Assembly (NCBI GenBank): GCA_049290235.1
Contig: JBATNG010000009.1
Span: forward strand, 185-64,184
Reading direction: 5' to 3'
DNA length: 64,000 bases
Source of the DNA: Candidatus Moraniibacteriota bacterium
Lineage (GTDB): Bacteria > Patescibacteriota > Minisyncoccia > Moranbacterales > UBA1568
Made by a program: the position numbers and the translations under genes. Each line of letters starts with the position of its first letter. Positions within the stretch are counted from its first letter, which is position 1. The notes under the pieces are model-generated. The model searched no databases. It had not been told where the DNA came from and saw only the letters and a program-made list of their open reading frames with translations. Positions 55,738 to 64,000 of this stretch are shown here, one piece after another.

Positions 55738-56952
55738 ATGAATTGGTTCAAAACACAAAAATCACTACCGCCGACGAGCGTGCCGGACCGCCTGCACGGA
55801 CTCATTCGGACGATGGAGGATGATCTCGAGGGGCGGGAAGCGCCAATCAGCATGCAGCCTCCGTCTGAACCGTTGGTCTCTTTCCGTCCTGAAGCTACGC
55901 TGGGGACTCCTTTTTTTGCGGCGCCCGGTGTCGTCTCGGATCCTGAACCGAAGCCGCCAAAGACTGAGGCAAGTCCTTTCCTTCAACCGTCATCCTCAGC
56001 GGAGCCGGCGTCAGAGCCTGAGGATGCACCGACATTTGATCCGCCACTCGTTGTCCCCAAAGTTCCTGCTCAGCTGCCAGTGGTTCCGCTAGCTCCCTCG
56101 GAATCTACACCGGTTGCTTTCAGTGCCGTACACCGTTCAGTCGCCCCATCGGTCCGGGAGTCACTGATGTCGCTCCGTCGGCTGACGCAAAGTTTCACGC
56201 CACTCCTTCAAGATCGGAAACTGCGACTGGTAGCTCTCGCAGCGCTTGCTTTACTCGTTATCGTTACTATCGCGGGTGCATATCTGTGGTGGCGTTCATA
56301 CGTGGAGAATGACCCGACCCAGCCAGAAGTTCGGGTGGAGTCGCCTACCACCGCGGGGGATCAGCTGAAAATGGAGCCGCCTTCCCAGACAAAGTATATG
56401 GCTGAACAGCCTAATATTCTCTCATTTGACACCGAGACCGTTTCCGCTGAGGCGATCAAGGCAACCTTGCTCCAGGCCGCCCAGACCATCAAGCAGGATA
56501 ATCTTTCGGGAGCGATCGAATTTCTCATTCGTGACCAGAAACTGAACCCGCTTGCCTTCTCCCGATTTGCTTATCTGGCGAAGATCAGTCTGCCAACGGA
56601 GCTTCTTGGGACCCTTGATGAGCCCTTTTCCCTCTATATCTACACTGATGCGGGGCGCCCACGTGTCACACTCTTGGTCTATGTGAAGGACCAGCCTGCT
56701 TTCACCGCAGTCCTCCTGCAGAATGAAAGCAAACTGGTTCAGGCGATCGAATCCCTCTTCCTCGATGTCACGACCGCGCCCAAAAACAATTTGAACTTCC
56801 GTGATGGCATGTATCTCGACCGGCCGGTGCGCTATGCGAATGTGGATGCTACTCTTGGACTCTCAGTCGACTATGCGGTCAGGGGGCGACAATGGATCGT
56901 CGGAACGAGCAAGGAATCACTCCGCGCCGTACTGGATAAAACGGGTTTATAG
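55738..56952 (+). CDS. Hypothetical bitopic membrane protein with Pro-rich cytoplasmic N-terminus
   Basis: Pro/Ser/Glu-rich first ~170 aa, single TM (LVALAALALLVIVTIAGAYLWW), ~200-aa extracytoplasmic domain without recognised motifs. Confidence 0.5.
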   Translation: MNWFKTQKSLPPTSVPDRLHGLIRTMEDDLEGREAPISMQPPSEPLVSFRPEATLGTPFFAAPGVVSDPEPKPPKTEASPFLQPSSSAEPASEPEDAPTFDPPLVVPKVPAQLPVVPLAPSESTPVAFSAVHRSVAPSVRESLMSLRRLTQSFTPLLQDRKLRLVALAALALLVIVTIAGAYLWWRSYVENDPTQPEVRVESPTTAGDQLKMEPPSQTKYMAEQPNILSFDTETVSAEAIKATLLQAAQTIKQDNLSGAIEFLIRDQKLNPLAFSRFAYLAKISLPTELLGTLDEPFSLYIYTDAGRPRVTLLVYVKDQPAFTAVLLQNESKLVQAIESLFLDVTTAPKNNLNFRDGMYLDRPVRYANVDATLGLSVDYAVRGRQWIVGTSKESLRAVLDKTGL

Positions 56953-57067
56953 CCTCTTTTTCGAAAGTCAGACACTTATTTTTTTAGTCGATCAGGTTTA
57001 GGTCAAACGGAATCAAGTGCACAGGGCAAATATTTCCGCGCTAACCCAGCATTCCTTGACTTCCAAA

Positions 57068-57096
57068 TTGACTCGAGCATATTTTTCTGCTATAAT
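57068..57096 (+). promoter_or_regulatory. Near-consensus sigma70 promoter (TTGACT-17-TATAAT) with no obvious downstream CDS for ~500 nt
   Basis: TTGACT at 57068-57073, 17-nt spacer, TATAAT at 57091-57096. A second TTGACT 12 nt upstream. Downstream ~480 nt has only short ORFs and includes a hairpin (GAAAGAC...GTCTTTC around an internal U6 run) and a CA/A-rich tract at 57250-57330. Confidence 0.45.
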
Positions 57097-57585
57097 TGAT
57101 TTGTCGAAGTGAAAAAGTTACTTGAAAATATGATCTGAACAGCGAAAGACCTCTCTTCCGCAAGTTTTTTGAGGCCGAGAAGTCTTTCACTGTTTAACCG
57201 TTCGGTGCATCGTCACCAACAGCTCCTAATCTGGTCTGGAGCGCGCCGCTAAAACAAACACACAAATTCGAGGAAATATAATATATCTCGACTTTGAAAC
57301 AAAAACACAAAGCAAAAACAAGTACCTTCAAAAGTTGTTAAGGCACAGCCAAAGAACGGTGAAAGATCAGGATAATACCAGAAAAAATCCTATACCGCGT
57401 GGGCATCAAACCACATGCAAGCTTGTATAATCAAATGCTTTTCACCCAAGCGTTTCATTATCGGCCTACATGTTGGGCACACGCAGCTGGGCGCTTGTTA
57501 CGGCCACATATTTATATATTCGGCGTCTACGGGCAAGCGCCCGGCACCAACAATAACTGGTGCCGGGAGAGAAAGAGGGGAGAAA

Positions 57586-57669
57586 ATGGAGAGTAATGGC
57601 TTGATAGGCCGTTTTTTGTTTGCCAAAATCATGATTCCTCGCTATCTTTCAGTGAAACAGCTTGGATAA
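57586..57669 (+). CDS. Candidate 27-aa hydrophobic peptide ORF with strong SD, immediately upstream of yraN
   Basis: AGAAAGAGGGGAGAAA-ATG. MESNGLIGRFLFAKIMIPRYLSVKQLG, stop 8 nt before the yraN ATG. Preceded by two GC hairpins (GGGCGCTTG/CAAGCGCCC and CCGGCACC/GGTGCCGG). Confidence 0.25.
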   Translation: MESNGLIGRFLFAKIMIPRYLSVKQLG

Positions 57670-57676
57670 GCCACAT

Positions 57677-58057
57677 ATGGAGAATCAGGAGATCGGAAAG
57701 GCGGGTGAAGATGCGGCCGCAGCGTATCTCATGGCGCACGGCTATCGTATCCGCGAGCGGAATTATGCCAACACTCGGGGATTGCGGCTCGGCGAGATCG
57801 ATATCGTGGCGGAAAAGCACGGTGAAATCGTTTTCGTCGAGGTCAAGGCGGCTTTCATCGCCGGGGGACGTGAGGACCGCCTCCCGGAGTGGCAGGTGAC
57901 CCGCGCCAAGCTTCGGAAGTTGGAGAAAGCAGCCGGCATATATCTGAAAGAACGCCGACTGGAGAATCGGGCGTATTCGTTTGATGTGGTGGCCGTTACC
58001 TTCACCGAGACCGGCAAACCAGATATCCGTCATCTCGACCACGTTTTCTACTCATAG
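57677..58057 (+). CDS. yraN: YraN-family (UPF0102) predicted endonuclease
   Basis: GKAGEDAAAAYLMAHGYRIRERNY...GEIDIVAEKHGEIVFVEVKA pattern of UPF0102/YraN (restriction-endonuclease-like fold). Start at the ATG at 57677 (the ORF-track start at 57662 is a TTG). Confidence 0.8.
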   Translation: MENQEIGKAGEDAAAAYLMAHGYRIRERNYANTRGLRLGEIDIVAEKHGEIVFVEVKAAFIAGGREDRLPEWQVTRAKLRKLEKAAGIYLKERRLENRAYSFDVVAVTFTETGKPDIRHLDHVFYS

Positions 58058-58106
58058 ACAGACCGATTAGCTTTCGTTATACTAGGACTATCATAAATGC
58101 ATCGCT

Positions 58107-58457
58107 ATGGCTCTGGATACTCAGGTGCTTGAAGGATTGAAGGAAAAGCTGCTAGCAGAAAAGGCTCGGCTTGAAGGAGAGCTTGCCCGGATGGCGAAAC
58201 CGACGGATGTGGCGGGTGAATATGAAACGCGGTTTGAAAACCTCGGTACGGATGCTGATGAGAATGCGACTGAAGTGGAGACGTATGTCGGGGATGTGGC
58301 CGTGGAAGGCACACTCGAGACAGAGCTCAAAGAAGTGAACGATGCGCTCGCCAAGATGGAGATGGGGACGTATGGCGTGTGCGAGAAGACTGGTCAACCG
58401 ATTCCGACCGATCGATTGGAAGCCTATCCGGCCGCTCGGACGCTCGTCGATGCTTAG
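58107..58457 (+). CDS. DksA/TraR-family-like protein (coiled coil + degenerate C-terminal zinc-finger region)
   Basis: N-terminal coiled coil (LKEKLLAEKARLEGELARM), acidic central region, C-terminal GTYGVCEKTGQPIPTDRLEAYPAARTLV resembling the DksA/TraR C4 finger but with a single Cys. Confidence 0.4.
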   Translation: MALDTQVLEGLKEKLLAEKARLEGELARMAKPTDVAGEYETRFENLGTDADENATEVETYVGDVAVEGTLETELKEVNDALAKMEMGTYGVCEKTGQPIPTDRLEAYPAARTLVDA

Positions 58458-58902
58458 AAAATGGTTTGGGAGTATGGTATTCACTTGCCCGAAGACGGTC
58501 CGCCCCGTCCTCGGGTTTTTTGTTTTCCTCGCGCTTATTGATGGTGCTTTACGCTTTGACCTTCTGTCTTTGCCCCATACAGTCTGTAATACTGGTATCG
58601 CGCTCGGTATCCGGCTTCCTGATTCATTCTTGTGGCTCAGTACCGCTTTGTTTCTGTGTATCGCCCTCTATCAGGCGTACCGACGGCACGAGGGAGTCGA
58701 ACAGCTCGCGTGGATGGCGGTATTCACGGGCGGAGCGATCAATGCAATCGATCGGGGACTGCACGGCTGCGTTACCGACTACCTGCATCTGCCGTTCTTC
58801 CCAAGTTTCAATTTGGCTGATATCATGCTTTCTCTCGGGGTGATGGTTCTCCTCGTGGTGATGCTCGGGATAATGCCTAATGTCAAGACGTATGTCCGCT
58901 AA
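58450..58902 (+). CDS. lspA: Lipoprotein signal peptidase (signal peptidase II)
   Basis: Four TM segments. LspA motifs CNTGIALGI (NxGxAFG-like) and FNLADIML (FNxAD). ATG at 58450 overlaps the stop of the preceding gene. Confidence 0.75.
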   Translation: MLRKWFGSMVFTCPKTVRPVLGFFVFLALIDGALRFDLLSLPHTVCNTGIALGIRLPDSFLWLSTALFLCIALYQAYRRHEGVEQLAWMAVFTGGAINAIDRGLHGCVTDYLHLPFFPSFNLADIMLSLGVMVLLVVMLGIMPNVKTYVR

Positions 58903-60412
58903 AGTCTATTCTGGAGCTACGGTTGGGTTGGATGGTGTCTTGGTCGAGATCGAGGCGGATGTCTTGACCAAAGGCTTGCACCAGTTCAATGTCGTCGGTT
59001 TGCCGGATGCTGCAGTCAAAGAGGCACGCGATCGAGTCAGCGCCGCGATCAAGAATACCGGTTTCCGTCCACCTCACATGAGTGGTCGGGTGACGGTGAA
59101 CCTCGCTCCGGCGGACCTCCCCAAGGGTTCCTCGGCCTATGATCTCCCCATGGCGCTGGCGTTTCTTTTGGCGACGAAGCAGCTGGCATTTCCTTATGTC
59201 AAACGTTTCTTCATCGGCGAGTTAGCCCTCGACGGACGAATTCGGCCGGTTTCAGGTGTGTTGCCGCTCACACTTTTCGCCAAACGCGCGGGGTTCGAAG
59301 AGGTCTTTGTTCCCGAAGCCAATGCCCACGAGGCGGCGCTCGTCCCGGGTATCCGTATCATCGCGTGCACAGCGTTGGACGTGCTGGTCGCTCATTTGGA
59401 GGGGAGAACGATAATCGCCCCGACACCCGAGACACATCCCCAAGACAATCGACAAGCGGAGAGCAGCGCCGACTTCGCTCATATCCGCGGCCAGGAACAT
59501 GCCAAACGCGCACTCGAGATCGCCGCGGCTGGTGGGCACAATATTCTCATGGTCGGTCCGCCGGGCTCGGGCAAGACGCTCTTGGCCAAAGCACTGCCGA
59601 CGATACTGCCGACGCTCACTTTTGAAGAATGTCTCGAGGTGACGCAGATATTTTCCGTCGCCGGCCGATTGTCACGTGGGGAGGCACTTGTGGAGAGTCG
59701 GCCTTTCCGGACACCACATCATACGGCGAGCGGGATCTCGCTCATCGGCGGTGGGACACTGCCGCGCCCGGGAGAAATCAGTTTGTCTCATCGGGGCGTG
59801 CTATTTTTGGATGAATTTGCTGAGTTTCCGCGTTCGCTCCTCGAAAGTCTCCGGCAGCCGCTCGAAGACGGTGTCGTCACGGTGTCGCGAGCAAAAGGAA
59901 CACTGACTTTCCCCGCGCGCTTCATGCTCGTCGCCGCGATGAACCCATGTCCATGCGGACACCATGGCGATCCCGAGCGGGTCTGTGGCTGCAGTGCCTA
60001 TCAGATAGAGAAGTACCGTCAGAAGATCTCGGGGCCGATCCTCGACCGTATCGATCTCCACATCGATGTACCGCGACTTTCCTATGATGAGCTGCGGGAT
60101 CGCTCGACGGGTGAATCGAGTCAGACAGTGCGGGAGCGGGTACAGACCGCCCGAGAACGCAGCCGCGATCGACTTCAGGGGAGTGGGAAGCAGTCGAATG
60201 CCGAAATGGATAACAAGCTGATCGAGAAGTATTGCATGCTCGATGAAGCAGGGCAGGCACTGCTCCGACAGGCCGTGGAACACTATCATCTCTCGCCGCG
60301 TGCCTATACGCGGATCCTGAAGACGGCTCGCACGATCGCTGATCTCGCCGGGGCGGAGGCCATCGCTGATCGGCACTTGGCTGAAGCCCTTCAGTATCGG
60401 TTCCGTGACTAG
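58892..60412 (+). CDS. comM: YifB/ComM-family Mg-chelatase-like AAA+ ATPase
   Basis: N-terminal Lon-protease-like domain (VEIEADVLTKGLHQFNVVGLPDAAVKEARDRV), AAA+ core (MVGPPGSGKTLLA Walker A, VLFLDEFAEF Walker B), C-terminal MgChl/ComM domain. Overlaps the lspA stop. Confidence 0.9.
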   Translation: MSAKVYSGATVGLDGVLVEIEADVLTKGLHQFNVVGLPDAAVKEARDRVSAAIKNTGFRPPHMSGRVTVNLAPADLPKGSSAYDLPMALAFLLATKQLAFPYVKRFFIGELALDGRIRPVSGVLPLTLFAKRAGFEEVFVPEANAHEAALVPGIRIIACTALDVLVAHLEGRTIIAPTPETHPQDNRQAESSADFAHIRGQEHAKRALEIAAAGGHNILMVGPPGSGKTLLAKALPTILPTLTFEECLEVTQIFSVAGRLSRGEALVESRPFRTPHHTASGISLIGGGTLPRPGEISLSHRGVLFLDEFAEFPRSLLESLRQPLEDGVVTVSRAKGTLTFPARFMLVAAMNPCPCGHHGDPERVCGCSAYQIEKYRQKISGPILDRIDLHIDVPRLSYDELRDRSTGESSQTVRERVQTARERSRDRLQGSGKQSNAEMDNKLIEKYCMLDEAGQALLRQAVEHYHLSPRAYTRILKTARTIADLAGAEAIADRHLAEALQYRFRD

Positions 60413-60526
60413 CCTGGCAGGACTCGTCGAAGATCGAGTGACCGACCGGTACATGTATCGTCTTCGCCAGAGTCGCCTCGGGGCAGATGGACAACTGGCA
60501 GTGAAACGATATTGAATCCTCCAAAA

Positions 60527-61468
60527 ATGAAAATAATACTAACAATCGGGCTTCTCTTTGGCGGATACTGGGCTTATCGGGCACTGACGCCGCCGTTTGC
60601 TGATTCGCGCGAAGCCTTTGCTGCTGGTCAGTCGTCGGCGACACTGTGCGTGGCGGGTAATTCATTTCCGATGGTGTTTGACAGCGGTTTGTCTGTCGCC
60701 GAGGCGCTGCGAAGAGCCGGGTTTCATGTTTCGAAAAGCGATCAGGTGTACCCACCGGCCGATGTACCGTTATTGCCCGGGACAAATATCGTGTGGGTGC
60801 CGGCACGGACGATTCGAATCGTAGCGGATGGCGGGGAGCAGGATATCGAGACGATTTCACCCACGAGTGAGTCAATCATCGCTGCAGCGGGAATCAAATT
60901 GGACGAGGATGATATCGTCACACCAGAGCGTCCCGTGACGGTCGCGGACGGTATGAAAATCTCAATCACGCGGGTCGAGATTCGGGAGGAAGCGAAAGAA
61001 ACCAAGATCCCCTTTGCGACGAAAACCGAGGAGGATGACGAACTCTCGTGGCGGAAGAAGGTCGTGAAACAGAAAGGAGAGAATGGTATCAAGACAACCG
61101 TCTACAAGGTGAGCTATCATAATGGTAGGGAAGTAAATCGGAAGTTGCTCTCAACAGAGGTTACTCAAGAGCCAGTGACCGAGATCGTGACGCAGGGGAC
61201 GTACGTGAAGACAGGCAAGGCGCATCGCGGTGCGGCGTCATGGTATGCGTGGACCGGCACCATGGCGGCGGCCAATCCCTGGCTTCCGATGGGGAGCTAT
61301 GTGAAGGTGACGAACGTCGAAAATGGTAAGAGCGTCATCGTGAAGATTAATGATCGCGGGCCATTTGTCCCGGGCCGGATCATCGACCTCGATCGAGTCG
61401 CCTTTGAAAAGATCGCCTCTGTCGGTGCGGGTGTCATCACGGTGAAGATGGAAGAGATTGTGAACTAG
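60527..61468 (+). CDS. Membrane-anchored G5-domain + RlpA-like double-psi beta-barrel (DPBB) protein (septal lytic-transglycosylase-like)
   Basis: N-terminal anchor. G5-like segment (VTRVEIREE...KKVVKQKGENGIKTTVYKVSYHNGREV). C-terminal GAASWYAWTGTMAAANPWLPMGSYVKVTNVENGKSVIVKINDRGPFVPGRIIDLD matching the RlpA DPBB. Start at the ATG at 60527. Confidence 0.75.
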   Translation: MKIILTIGLLFGGYWAYRALTPPFADSREAFAAGQSSATLCVAGNSFPMVFDSGLSVAEALRRAGFHVSKSDQVYPPADVPLLPGTNIVWVPARTIRIVADGGEQDIETISPTSESIIAAAGIKLDEDDIVTPERPVTVADGMKISITRVEIREEAKETKIPFATKTEEDDELSWRKKVVKQKGENGIKTTVYKVSYHNGREVNRKLLSTEVTQEPVTEIVTQGTYVKTGKAHRGAASWYAWTGTMAAANPWLPMGSYVKVTNVENGKSVIVKINDRGPFVPGRIIDLDRVAFEKIASVGAGVITVKMEEIVN

Positions 61469-62297
61469 GCAGAGGGTTTCTCTCCTGGCTCAAGAGATCA
61501 ATGGTCAGGTAGAGTCCGGCTGCAAAGAGACCGACAATGTCCCAACCGAGGAAAATATATCCGGGAATGCCCGAAAAGTGACCACCGGCCGGGTAGCTCC
61601 ATAGGCCAAGTGGAACGGCGACGAGATCGGCAATCGAACCCGCTGCCATCGCGATGAGGCCTACCATTGCCAGGGGGACACTTCGCATTACTGCGATATA
61701 GGCAAAGTCGATGAAGAGGAAGAATAAGACGAGCCGCAACGGTACTTCGGCCCAGTGATGAATAGCAAGGAGCACAGCCAAGGCCGCCACGCCGGTCATC
61801 CATAATGCCTGCGAAAAAGCGGGTGGTTTGTGATACAGATGAAGCGTGGTTTTCAATCGGAGTAGTCCTTGAAATATACCAACGACAAGAATTGAAATAT
61901 TTGCCCAGGTAAATGGGAGGTAGAGCGGAATCGAGAGGAAGGAGACCGTTTCGTAACTCCAGAGACCGTTGGCGATGAAGAAAGCCTCTTGTCCGGCACC
62001 AGCCACCGCAAAAACTCCGGCGACGAGGGCGAGTTTCCAGCTTCGAGCATAGAGAATGAGAGAAAAACAGGTGAGGGCGATGGGAATCGTAGCGAGACCA
62101 GGGGATGTGGAAAGGAACCAGACTGAGATATAGTTGATGAAGAGTGCACCGACCAGAATAAAAAAATTGACGCCAGGTGAGAAGTTTTTGTAGTGGGGAA
62201 ACGGAATATCGTGCATAATAGGTACAATTATACGTCGTATGTCGGTCAAAGCAAAGAAATCACTCGGGCAGAATTTCTTGAAGGACGAAAGTATCAT
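61437..62297 (-). CDS. Polytopic membrane protein, hypothetical
   Basis: ~8 TM helices. Ser/Pro-rich C-terminal tail. No motif recognised. Overlaps the previous gene's 3' end by ~30 nt on the opposite strand. Confidence 0.45.
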   Translation of the reverse strand: MILSSFKKFCPSDFFALTDIRRIIVPIMHDIPFPHYKNFSPGVNFFILVGALFINYISVWFLSTSPGLATIPIALTCFSLILYARSWKLALVAGVFAVAGAGQEAFFIANGLWSYETVSFLSIPLYLPFTWANISILVVGIFQGLLRLKTTLHLYHKPPAFSQALWMTGVAALAVLLAIHHWAEVPLRLVLFFLFIDFAYIAVMRSVPLAMVGLIAMAAGSIADLVAVPLGLWSYPAGGHFSGIPGYIFLGWDIVGLFAAGLYLTIDLLSQERNPLPSSQSLPSSP

Positions 62298-63039
62298 CCA
62301 ACAGATATTGACCGTGGCAGATATCGGGCCACAGGATCAGGTTTTCGAGATCGGTCCGGGAACAGGTGCGATGACTGGATATCTCGACATGCGGGCAAAA
62401 CAAGTAGTCGCGCTTGAACTCGATCATCAATTGGTCGAGCGGCTGACGAAGCATTTTGAAACAAGCGAAGGTGTGTCGATTCTGGAGGGGAATATCCTCG
62501 ATGTGAATTTGAATGAGATGCTCACGCACGCCGAATTTGAATCAGGGAAATACAAAGTCGTCGCGAATATTCCCTACTACATCACCGCGCCGATCATCCG
62601 CACGCTGCTCTCACTCGTGGTGCGGCCAGCGAGTCTCACCCTCATGGTGCAGAAAGAAGTGGCCGAACGACTGACCGCACAGCCGGGGGCGATGAGCCTC
62701 CTGTCGCTCATGGCACAGTACTACAGTGATGCGACGCTTGCCTTCGTTGTGCCACGGGGAGCCTTCGATCCGGTGCCAAAAGTCGACAGTGCGGTCGTCC
62801 ATCTTGTCCCTAAACGCCCTTTTGATCCTGAGGCAGATCGCCAATTTTTTCGGCTGGCGCGCGCTGGCTTTGCTGCTCGTCGCAAGACTCTTTTGAATAA
62901 TCTTTCCTCGAGCCTTCACTTGGAAAAGACCGTGGTTGCGAGTGCACTCGATGCCGCTCGGCTACAAAGTGACATCCGCGCTCAGGTGCTCTCTGTCTCG
63001 GACTGGGAAATGCTTCAGTCGAAATTGGCGACAGAGTAA
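62239..63039 (+). CDS. rsmA: 16S rRNA (adenine1518/1519-N6)-dimethyltransferase RsmA/KsgA
   Basis: KSLGQNFLKDESII, SAM-binding VFEIGPGTGAMT, ANIPYYITAPII and C-terminal helical domain. 266 aa. Confidence 0.9.
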   Translation: MSVKAKKSLGQNFLKDESIIQQILTVADIGPQDQVFEIGPGTGAMTGYLDMRAKQVVALELDHQLVERLTKHFETSEGVSILEGNILDVNLNEMLTHAEFESGKYKVVANIPYYITAPIIRTLLSLVVRPASLTLMVQKEVAERLTAQPGAMSLLSLMAQYYSDATLAFVVPRGAFDPVPKVDSAVVHLVPKRPFDPEADRQFFRLARAGFAARRKTLLNNLSSSLHLEKTVVASALDAARLQSDIRAQVLSVSDWEMLQSKLATE

Positions 63040-63100
63040 AAACCGATTATACGGATTCTGCTCTCATGATGCTGTCGGATGTAGCCCTTGGTTTGGGTGG

Positions 63101-64000
63101 CTATCGTGACAGTGCCGCCGCGAGGAAAGCACCATAGCCGGTAGCGAGGAGTAGGAACCAGCCGGGGAGCTTGCGATAGGCGAGGTAACGATGGTCGGCT
63201 GAAGAGAGCTGGAGCAGCCAGTAACCGAGGGCACCGAAGAAAAGTCCGAGCGGAAACAATGAACGGATCGAGAGGACGAATGGACTGAGAGCGAAGACAA
63301 TGAAGACCGCTGCTCCGATGAAACGTTTGGCCCGATCCTCGCCCCAGATCACCGGGAGGGTGCGAACACTATCGGCGCAGTCACCCTCGATGTCTTTTAA
63401 ATCTTTGATAGGGATGATGGCGAGATACGCGAAGAAGAGGAGAACGGGGATAGAAACAGGAAGGGCAGAAATGTTTTTTTCGGCTGAGAAGACGATAAAA
63501 CCAGCGAACAGGATGAGGAGGCTAGCCATAGCGGCGAGCGCGGTGGCGACAATCGGGATGCGTTTCAGTCGAAGCGGATCGGCGGAGTAGACCCAGGCGA
63601 GGGCCTGATACAAGACGAGGAGGAGTGCCGCCTGGGTGGAGACGAGTCCGGCCAGGAAAATTGAGCCAGCGAAGAGGAGGAGGCCGATGGTCCGGTAGGT
63701 CGGAACGTCGATCGCGCCGGTCACGAGCGGCCGGTGTCGGTTTGTAATTCTGTCGATATCGACATCACGGAGATCGTTCACTACAACGGAAGCCAGCCAG
63801 GCACAACTGACGGCGATGGTAAGTACGAGCACACCGGAGAAATGAAAGAAATCAGCGATCCAGATTGACTCCCCGTAGAACGAGGCGAGCCCAGCGCCGA
63901 TGAATAACAGCCCGACATGGTAGAGGAGCTGCGGGAAGCGGATATTATTGACGAGTTCCCAGAATATCCTTCGGAAGAAAGTGAATATAAGTGCAGCGAT
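63101..64000 (-). CDS. UbiA-family aromatic prenyltransferase (5'-partial; continues beyond window end)
   Basis: NDLRDVDIDRITNRHRPLVTG (NDxxDxxxD first Asp-rich motif), multiple TM helices. The in-frame minus-strand translation continues without a stop to position 64000 (IAALIFTFFRRIFWELVNNIRFPQLLYHVGLLFIGAGLA...), so the true start lies outside the window. The ORF-track start at 63832 is an internal GTG. Confidence 0.75.
   Translation of the reverse strand: MAALIFTFFRRIFWELVNNIRFPQLLYHVGLLFIGAGLASFYGESIWIADFFHFSGVLVLTIAVSCAWLASVVVNDLRDVDIDRITNRHRPLVTGAIDVPTYRTIGLLLFAGSIFLAGLVSTQAALLLVLYQALAWVYSADPLRLKRIPIVATALAAMASLLILFAGFIVFSAEKNISALPVSIPVLLFFAYLAIIPIKDLKDIEGDCADSVRTLPVIWGEDRAKRFIGAAVFIVFALSPFVLSIRSLFPLGLFFGALGYWLLQLSSADHRYLAYRKLPGWFLLLATGYGAFLAAALSR

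Noticed and set aside
57100-57260. SRP RNA (4.5S) or 6S RNA assignment for the promoter-driven non-coding region
   Set aside because: No GGAAGCAGC/GNRA domain IV motif of SRP RNA. 6S has no sequence signature that can be verified by eye. Left as a generic candidate sRNA.
59922-60875. 317-aa minus-strand ORF
   Set aside because: Antisense to comM and the G5/RlpA gene. Arg/Ser/Pro-rich low complexity. Shadow ORF.
1-64000. CRISPR arrays, integrase/transposase/IS elements, prophage genes
   Set aside because: Scanned for regularly spaced direct repeats and for recombinase, transposase or phage structural motifs. None seen. The only repeat families are the 18-bp palindromes at 36382-37272 and short inverted repeats described above.

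Overview
Bacterial chromosomal segment, about 55-58% GC with one low-GC insert, of moderate coding density and mixed strand orientation. It carries many housekeeping genes. Translation genes: infC-rpmI-rplT, smpB next to a tmRNA, argS, ileS, rpsA, rpsO-pnp, rbfA, tilS, rsmA/ksgA. DNA and RNA metabolism: gyrA, a family-4 UDG, an NrnA-like DHH phosphoesterase, a NYN nuclease, yraN and comM/yifB. Envelope genes: ftsH, lspA, a 3D-domain protein, a G5+RlpA-like protein, a split ABC ATPase/FtsX-type permease pair, an ABC-F ATPase and a DsbA-like protein. Isoprenoid genes: ispG and a UbiA-family prenyltransferase that runs off the 3' end of the window. Five tRNA genes (Cys-GCA, Leu-UAA, Arg-CCU, Ala-GGC, Val-GAC), a tmRNA and a probable RNase P RNA were found by reading the sequence directly. 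The most unusual features are listed below. (1) A 1144-aa single polypeptide fusing a glycoside-hydrolase-like (beta/alpha)8 domain, a NodB-type CE4 deacetylase and a processive GT2 synthase. (2) A ~4 kb tRNA-flanked segment whose first gene, an O-antigen-ligase/Wzy-like membrane protein, is ~25-35% GC and carries five copies of an 18-bp palindromic element (ATGTTCCACGTGAAACAT) inserted frame-neutrally in different reading frames. (3) An ABC ATPase with a ~200-aa helical C-terminal extension whose intergenic junction with its permease is bracketed by a perfect 14-bp inverted repeat. (4) A ferric-reductase-like heme membrane protein paired with a Cys-rich membrane-anchored DsbA-like protein. 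(5) A ~600-nt ORF-poor region carrying a consensus sigma70 promoter (TTGACT-17-TATAAT) with no obvious product. (6) Tandem paralogous ~70-85-aa two-TM proteins. (7) A structured ~270-nt argS leader. No CRISPR array, integrase or transposase was recognised. All similarity statements are from reading motifs by eye, not database searches.
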